From: a virus | Lineage: Duplodnaviria > Caudoviricetes | Virus record (IMG/VR): IMGVR_UViG_3300023435_000005 | Coordinates: 1-41,872 of that record | Strand: one strand, 5' to 3' | DNA: 41,872 bases | Shown: in pieces, positions 37,260 to 41,872 of the stretch | Numbering within the stretch: the first letter of the stretch is position 1 | Layout: every line of letters starts with the position of its first letter | Position numbers and translations under genes: made by a program | The notes under the pieces: generated by a model | What the model was told of the DNA's origin: nothing | What the model saw: the letters and a program-made list of their open reading frames with translations, nothing else | Databases searched by the model: none

Positions 37260-37389
37260 TTACAACGCAGAAAACCCCGGCGACATCTCAGCGACGAGAA
37301 ACCAGGGCCTTCTTTGTTGTGAAAAAATATGTCTGATGTCTAAATCTCGTCGCATAATTCAACTTAACCATTTTCTATTTATTTTGCAA
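37260..37389 (-). promoter_or_regulatory. Promoter + leader attenuator unit 1 (before the initiator gene)
   Basis: TTGCAA-17-TAAGTT; terminator CCCTGG/CCGGGG-TTTT whose loop matches the leader 5' end; 31-codon ORF 37355-37260. Confidence 0.6.
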
Positions 37390-37685
37390 GTCTTTCAACA
37401 GCTCCGGGTTTAAACATTTAAATCCCTGTTTAAGCATCGTTATCTGTCTATCTTTTTGCTCAAGAACGATCCGCACCAATTCAGAAGGTGCAGTATCAAT
37501 TGATAAAAACTATTCAACAACAAGCCGGAAATGCACAAGATATAAAATTTCAAAAGATTTTATTTAGCTAAAAGCGAACACATATTAATTCTGTTCGTGC
37601 GAACACATAATTAAAATATACTATTTACCCAGTGTCTATGTACCCCTCGGGCGAGTTAGTTGTTAAAACAGCGGGTAAATGTATG

Positions 37686-37901
37686 CTAAACGGGCTTAGG
37701 GTTGGTTTCTGGTTCATCGTCGTTTTTCTTGGCTTCAAATTCCATACCATGTTTAAATCCATGAATAAAGGCACTCTTATAATGGAACCCAATTTTGCAA
37801 ATAACATCATTTTTTTCATCATGGGATTGCAGTAGTTTACTTATATAATCCCAATGTATTTTTGCATCAGTTTCGGCTAATAGCTTATCGGTTGGTGACA
37901 T
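37686..37901 (-). CDS. Hypothetical phage protein
   Basis: HWDYI...GFHYKSAFIHGFKHG; RBS AAGGA. Confidence 0.65.
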   Translation of the reverse strand: MSPTDKLLAETDAKIHWDYISKLLQSHDEKNDVICKIGFHYKSAFIHGFKHGMEFEAKKNDDEPETNPKPV

Positions 37902-37913
37902 TTTAATTATCCT

Positions 37914-38070
37914 TTACAATAATCTATAAATAGAAAAACCCTGAGCTTGACGACCGAACAAGGCAGCCTGGAAAGGCAAATGTTGGAACTCAGGGTTTAT
38001 TATTTTCATTTTGAATTATTCCTTATTCAATCGTCGTATTCAATATACCCTATTCTCACTCAAAGTTCAA
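37914..38070 (-). promoter_or_regulatory. Promoter + leader attenuator unit 2
   Basis: TTGAAC-17-TATATT; stem AAACCCTGAG/CTCAGGGTTT-TT; 15-nt loop-leader complement; 31-codon ORF 38009-37914. Confidence 0.65.
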
Positions 38071-38546
38071 GTTGTTTTCATAAAACAAAGCCAATGCGTA
38101 TTTACCCTGCTTCCAACAGGATGCCCAAACAGTGGCCTTTTACCGATTGCATTTAATACATCTTTTTTGCTAATACTCGTTTCGTTCCATTTGAAAATCA
38201 AAGTACCATAATTGTCCAAAACTCGCCAGGCTTCATTAAAGCCATCCCTAATATCATTCCACCAATTCAATTTATCTAACCAGCCGTACTCTTTTGCCAT
38301 CCTGAATAGAGGCCCATCTGCTAATATGTGCGGCGGATCCATTACCACCATTTTGAAAGACCGGTTTGAGAAAGGTATATTTCTAAAGTCGCCGATTATA
38401 TCAGGCTGTATCTCCTTGTTCGGGCGGGCGTTTTGAAAGCCCTTTTCTTCTTTTCGCATGTCCATATAAACTGTATTTTTATGATTTTTGTCGAACCAAA
38501 ATTGTCTGCATCCGCAACACACATCTAATATATACTTGTCTAACAT
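38067..38546 (-). CDS. Small SAM-dependent (probable DNA) methyltransferase; in-frame upstream ATG at 38630
   Basis: ILDVCCGCRQFWFDK, PDIIGDFR, MDPPH, RVLDNYGTLIFKW. Confidence 0.85.
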   Translation of the reverse strand: MLDKYILDVCCGCRQFWFDKNHKNTVYMDMRKEEKGFQNARPNKEIQPDIIGDFRNIPFSNRSFKMVVMDPPHILADGPLFRMAKEYGWLDKLNWWNDIRDGFNEAWRVLDNYGTLIFKWNETSISKKDVLNAIGKRPLFGHPVGSRVNTHWLCFMKTT

Positions 38547-38550
38547 AACT

Positions 38551-38726
38551 AAAAATCCCCAAAAGCTAAATGGAGTGGCCTCGAAAGGTGGGCATACCTT
38601 TATCAAGCAAAAAGCATAGACCACCCCCATTTAAATCCTGGGGATTACTTGATAATCAGCCGCCCACTGGCCGTGTATTTCAATTGTCTCTGCTGAGAGT
38701 ATAAACAATATTTTCTCACAATGCAA
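38551..38726 (-). promoter_or_regulatory. Promoter + leader attenuator unit 3 (before the MTase)
   Basis: TTGCAT-17-TATACT; stem AATCCCCAG/TTGGGGATT-TTT; three nested leader-loop complements. Confidence 0.6.
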
Positions 38727-38728
38727 GT

Positions 38729-38941
38729 TTATTTTATGTATACAACATTTGAAGAGATTGGATTAACAGCAATGACATCAGAATCTATTCGATGGTCAGT
38801 TGCAATTTTGTAAATTCTCAGCTTGTCTCCATCTGCCGTAACACAAATTTTACACGTTTCCATTTCAAACCTGACAGTAACACCATCCGGCAATGCTTCT
38901 TCGTCGTCAGGATATACTAAATCTTCCACATATATATTCAT
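38729..38941 (-). CDS. Hypothetical protein (start probably 38941; frame open from 39001)
   Basis: RBS AAGGAG before GTG-ATG. Confidence 0.55.
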   Translation of the reverse strand: MNIYVEDLVYPDDEEALPDGVTVRFEMETCKICVTADGDKLRIYKIATDHRIDSDVIAVNPISSNVVYIK

Positions 38942-38954
38942 CACACTCTCCTTT

Positions 38955-38999
38955 AAAAAAGCTCCCCGCCCCGGACTGTTTGATCGGCACACGAGGAGC
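38955..38999 (-). terminator. Terminator with large loop (attenuator unit 4)
   Basis: Minus strand GCTCCTCG/CGGGGAGC followed by TTTTTT. Confidence 0.65.
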
Positions 39000-39095
39000 A
39001 TTATTCACGTTATCTTAACTCTTGACCAATGTAAACCATCATTTACACCATCCTTTCAGCACAGGTTCGCCGGGGTAAAGCGCCGATGGTTAAAG

Positions 39096-39314
39096 TTATT
39101 TGCGGCTCCAGTGTGCCGTTGCATATTGCCATCGTATTCTCGCCCTTTCGTGATTACTCTCAGCATTATGCCCTATAACCAATCTTCCGCAACTTGGACA
39201 CTGAGATTCATCCTCGCATATTGCCGAACCACAGCATTCTGTGAAATGCGTGCTATTGGTTCCGGCTGGCGTTAATCGGTGTATTCCAGCAATATAATCA
39301 TCGTTTATGTGCAT
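39096..39314 (-). CDS. Small zinc-binding protein
   Basis: ECCGSAIC...CPSCG; RBS GGAGG. Confidence 0.65.
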   Translation of the reverse strand: MHINDDYIAGIHRLTPAGTNSTHFTECCGSAICEDESQCPSCGRLVIGHNAESNHERARIRWQYATAHWSRK

Positions 39315-39347
39315 ATCTCCTCCAAATTATACCAGCAATCGCTGGGA

Positions 39348-39602
39348 TTATGCCTTATCAAGTCCAACAGCATTATCTATCGCAATCTTTAAATCTCTTA
39401 ATAATCTCATTGCGCAGGTCAGATCCATTCCGTGTTCTTCATTTCCAATTCTTACCAAAATATGCCCTTCAAAATCAGAATACGCACGCACAGCATTAGG
39501 CCTAACAATATCATCAACCGGAAGCTCGGGCTTCTCAGGCTCTTCATGCATCTCGTCCCAATCTCTATCAAAATCCGCATTGCTTAAATCATCCATAATC
39601 AT
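39348..39602 (-). CDS. Hypothetical acidic protein, first gene of the leftward operon
   Basis: Follows the leftward promoter; RBS AAGGA. Confidence 0.6.
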   Translation of the reverse strand: MIMDDLSNADFDRDWDEMHEEPEKPELPVDDIVRPNAVRAYSDFEGHILVRIGNEEHGMDLTCAMRLLRDLKIAIDNAVGLDKA

Positions 39603-39616
39603 TTCCTTTTTAAATC

Positions 39617-39697
39617 AATATACACTAATGTTTTAATGTATGCAAATGTATTTTAATATAAATTAAACTTGCATTCTGTGTTTTACTGTATTATATT
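39617..39697. promoter_or_regulatory. Back-to-back divergent promoters with repeated operator
   Basis: TTGCAT-17-TATATT on - (39645-39617) and on + (39669-39697); TGTTTTA(A/C)TGTAT at 39629-39641 and 39679-39691. Confidence 0.75.
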
Positions 39698-39719
39698 AAA
39701 AATAAACGATGGAGATACA

Positions 39720-39920
39720 ATGGCGAACAAAACGATTACAGTAGATGACTGCTACACAATGGCACAGGCTGAAGAAGTTACCGGATTCTCAAGGTCAACA
39801 ATATTAAAATTAATATTAGATGACAAACTGTCCTCTCACAGCCAGGCCGGAAGACCTCGCCGAGTGTGGTTTTTAAAGACTGACATTGACAAACTTAAAG
39901 AAGTTGAGAAAGATAACTGA
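39720..39920 (+). CDS. Excisionase/AlpA-like winged-HTH regulator (start revised to 39720)
   Basis: CYTMAQAEEVTGFSRSTILKLI...GRPRRVWF; RBS GGAG. Confidence 0.75.
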   Translation: MANKTITVDDCYTMAQAEEVTGFSRSTILKLILDDKLSSHSQAGRPRRVWFLKTDIDKLKEVEKDN

Positions 39921-40171
39921 TCTTTGAAATTAGCAAGGGATGCTGTATGTTGATAAGTAGGAGACGAACATCTTTATTACTGCCCCTTGCTTTAACTAGG
40001 GCGAATACGGACTTATGTTCAGGTAGAGATAATATTGATCATAAAACTCTGCAAACACATTTGCAACGTACCGCCCTCACTATGCAGAGGCGGTCCCCGC
40101 AGTTTACCTGCCTTGAGGACCTCAAAAAGACTAACAGAAAACCGTCTCTGCTTTATTGAAAGGAAAGAATT

Positions 40172-40390
40172 ATGACACGATCAGAACACTTAGAATGGTG
40201 TAAAAGAAGGGCCTTGGAATATGTTGATAATGGTGATACGCCACAAGCATACGCCTCGTTTGCATCAGACATGAAAGAACACGAAGAAACCGCTGAACAC
40301 TCAGCTCTGGATGTTGGAATGATGCTACTAATGGCCGGGCAATTGAATACACCAGACGCTATGCGAAAATTCATTAACGGATTTAACTAA
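40172..40390 (+). CDS. Conserved phage hypothetical protein
   Basis: TRSEHLEWCKRRALEY...FINGFN. Confidence 0.7.
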   Translation: MTRSEHLEWCKRRALEYVDNGDTPQAYASFASDMKEHEETAEHSALDVGMMLLMAGQLNTPDAMRKFINGFN

Positions 40391-40400
40391 GGAAAGAATT

Positions 40401-40577
40401 ATGAAATCAGAAAAAGGTACATTGGTTTGGAGAAAAGTTTATCACCATAATGAAGATGGCGTATTGGAAAAAACCGTTTCGGAATTACTATCGGTTAAAA
40501 AGGGCTTGCGATATTTTGGCAACTTCCGGCCTGTCCGCAAGGCCGTGATGATTCCACTAAAAGAAAGAAGGTTATAA
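40401..40577 (+). CDS. Hypothetical protein, 58 aa (not in ORF track)
   Basis: Same RBS cassette as the previous gene; TAATG coupling. Confidence 0.55.
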   Translation: MKSEKGTLVWRKVYHHNEDGVLEKTVSELLSVKKGLRYFGNFRPVRKAVMIPLKERRL

Positions 40578-40783
40578 TGAAAGGCAATCAAATTGCAGGA
40601 TTAAGATTAACGAACAATGTTTTACACCTTGATGTTGAAGGCAATGAATTATGCAGTGCCAGTATCTCTAAGCCTGACCAAATAGCATCTTTAAAAGAGA
40701 TGTTTATCAAACAGATTGAGAACTATGAAACATTCTGGCAGGGCCATCAGAGAGTCAACGAAACATATTCAAAGGAAGCTTGA
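40577..40783 (+). CDS. Hypothetical protein
   Basis: Coupled ORF. Confidence 0.55.
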   Translation: MKGNQIAGLRLTNNVLHLDVEGNELCSASISKPDQIASLKEMFIKQIENYETFWQGHQRVNETYSKEA

Positions 40784-40989
40784 TGAGCGTCGAAGTTGAA
40801 GTATTAAGCACTATATCCAAGGGCTTTGTAATCCAAGAACGGTGCGGAGAAATCTGGGAAGATATTCTTGATATTGATCTTGACGACGACACTGCTGCAG
40901 ATAAGCGGATTTATTATATCAGAAAGAAAAATCCAGATTTAACATTCCGTTTGATAAAGCGGACAACCGAGGAAAGGGTTATAGGATGA
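40780..40989 (+). CDS. Hypothetical protein
   Basis: Coupled ORF. Confidence 0.55.
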   Translation: MMSVEVEVLSTISKGFVIQERCGEIWEDILDIDLDDDTAADKRIYYIRKKNPDLTFRLIKRTTEERVIG

Positions 40990-41237
40990 GCTATATCTTA
41001 GACAAGTTCGACGAGCTGGAGCCGGAAGAAAAGCTGGCCGAATGGCTTGAATGGCTTGGCCCGGTAAAGTTCTCGGCTTATATGATAGATGCCAGGGCTG
41101 AAGAAGAACTCCCGGAGGATTATCTGAAACAATGCTATAAAGATGAATATATTCTGGACAATTACGAAATACCGGGGCGCAATTCCCCGAGTGAGTATGA
41201 TATATATAAAGATAAACAACTAAGGAGAATAAGATGA
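40986..41237 (+). CDS. Hypothetical acidic protein
   Basis: Coupled ORF. Confidence 0.55.
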   Translation: MSYILDKFDELEPEEKLAEWLEWLGPVKFSAYMIDARAEEELPEDYLKQCYKDEYILDNYEIPGRNSPSEYDIYKDKQLRRIR

Positions 41238-41593
41238 CAAGGAAAGATTTGAAAACAGGAATGATTTTAGAGCATCGTGACGGTAAATTGTCAATGGTGT
41301 TACGCGGTACAAAAGATGGTGATATTCTTGCCAGTAATGATATTTACGGGAACTATTTTACCAGTGGAGATGATATATTCAGTCTTGGGTGGCATGCCGA
41401 CAATCATCATGATGATGTTGTTGGGGTTTGGCAGCCGAACGCATCCTTCAGCTACCTCGCTAACGGTAGATTATCAGTTCGTGACTGTAAAATAATATGG
41501 GAACGCAAAGAAACCCATACTATGACAATTGACGGCACAGATGTTGAGATTTCCGACGAAAGTTATAAGAACTTAAAGAAGGCCTTAAAATGA
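41234..41593 (+). CDS. Conserved phage hypothetical protein
   Basis: RKDLKTGMILEHRDG...IIWER; RBS AAGGAG. Confidence 0.65.
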   Translation: MTRKDLKTGMILEHRDGKLSMVLRGTKDGDILASNDIYGNYFTSGDDIFSLGWHADNHHDDVVGVWQPNASFSYLANGRLSVRDCKIIWERKETHTMTIDGTDVEISDESYKNLKKALK

Positions 41594-41688
41594 GCGAAGC
41601 CTTACAATTAATAGGAATGTTTGCCTGCGTTTATGCAGTAGCATGGGTAATTGTCAGGTACTGCTTTGGGTACATAGAAGGGAGATAA
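41590..41688 (+). CDS. 32-aa membrane peptide (not in ORF track)
   Basis: MSEALQLIGMFACVYAVAWVIVRYCFGYIEGR; ATGA and TAATG overlaps. Confidence 0.5.
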   Translation: MSEALQLIGMFACVYAVAWVIVRYCFGYIEGR

Positions 41689-41872
41689 TGATGAGTGATT
41701 TGATTGTAATCAACAAAGAGAATGCTTTAGAAGTATTCACCGGAGAAAAGCTCGACGATTTTTTGAAACAAATTGAAGACGATGCAATGAATTTCGTTCC
41801 TGATATATCTACTGATAAGGGCCGGAAACAAATTGCATCAAAGGCCCATACTATTGCAAAGGAGAAAACCGC
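41688..41872 (+). CDS. 5' part of the junction-spanning coiled-coil gene (continues at 1-613)
   Basis: RBS GGGAG; MMSDLIVINKENALEVFTGEKLDDFLKQ reads in frame into ORF 18..434. Confidence 0.8.
   Translation, partial: MMSDLIVINKENALEVFTGEKLDDFLKQIEDDAMNFVPDISTDKGRKQIASKAHTIAKEKT
41746..41872 (+). repeat. Terminal direct repeat, copy 2
   Basis: Identical to 1-127. Confidence 0.9.

Larger units (their letters stand above)
1..41872. mobile_element. Complete tailed bacteriophage genome (Caudoviricetes, podovirus-like morphogenesis module), circular map of about 41,745 bp
   Basis: Terminase, portal, capsid, tail and replication genes are all present; the ends overlap by 127 bp and a gene runs across the junction; no host housekeeping genes. 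Confidence 0.95.

Noticed and set aside
39720-39920. Excisionase implying a temperate, integrating phage
   Set aside because: No tyrosine or serine integrase was recognised; this HTH family also includes simple regulators
39920-40157. tRNA, or a single C4-like antisense RNA targeting all attenuator loops
   Set aside because: No cloverleaf or T-loop consensus; only 5-7 nt matches to the loops, which share no common sequence
41746-41872. 127-bp terminal repeat as a biological DTR or att site
   Set aside because: It falls mid-gene and its length equals a standard assembly k-mer; it indicates circular closure only
1-41872. Stop-codon reassignment
   Set aside because: Core genes are intact and densely packed under the standard bacterial code, and all three stops are used

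Overview
The window is a complete, circularly closed dsDNA tailed-phage genome of about 41,745 bp; bases 1-127 are repeated at 41746-41872, most likely as an assembler overlap. The morphogenesis module looks podovirus-like and runs on the - strand from 30411 to 5154: TerS, TerL, portal, scaffold, major capsid, decoration, adaptor, nozzle, ejection proteins, tail appendages and membrane genes. Other modules are a + strand recombination/DNA-modification block (Gp157, T7-type SSB, DUF1367, MTase, DUF5131, RusA), a + strand cluster of small early genes (31-34 kb), and a - strand replication operon (initiator with iterons, DnaB/Twinkle-type helicase, second MTase). I found no integrase, CI-type repressor, tRNA, CRISPR array or recognisable endolysin. 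Four things stand out. (1) All four tail-appendage-type genes at 6782-11543 carry Sec signal peptides with Gln at +1 and are enriched in FCB-type O-glycosylation sequons, suggesting receptor-binding proteins are exported, host-modified and added to the virion outside the cytoplasm. (2) The replication operon has a series of terminators whose large loops pair with upstream leader segments and which are crossed by short ORFs. (3) The early region has a minimal hammerhead ribozyme with a variant core plus a half copy. (4) An A-AAA-AAG -1 frameshift site joins two halves of a conserved gene. All family assignments are from motif recognition by eye, not database searches.
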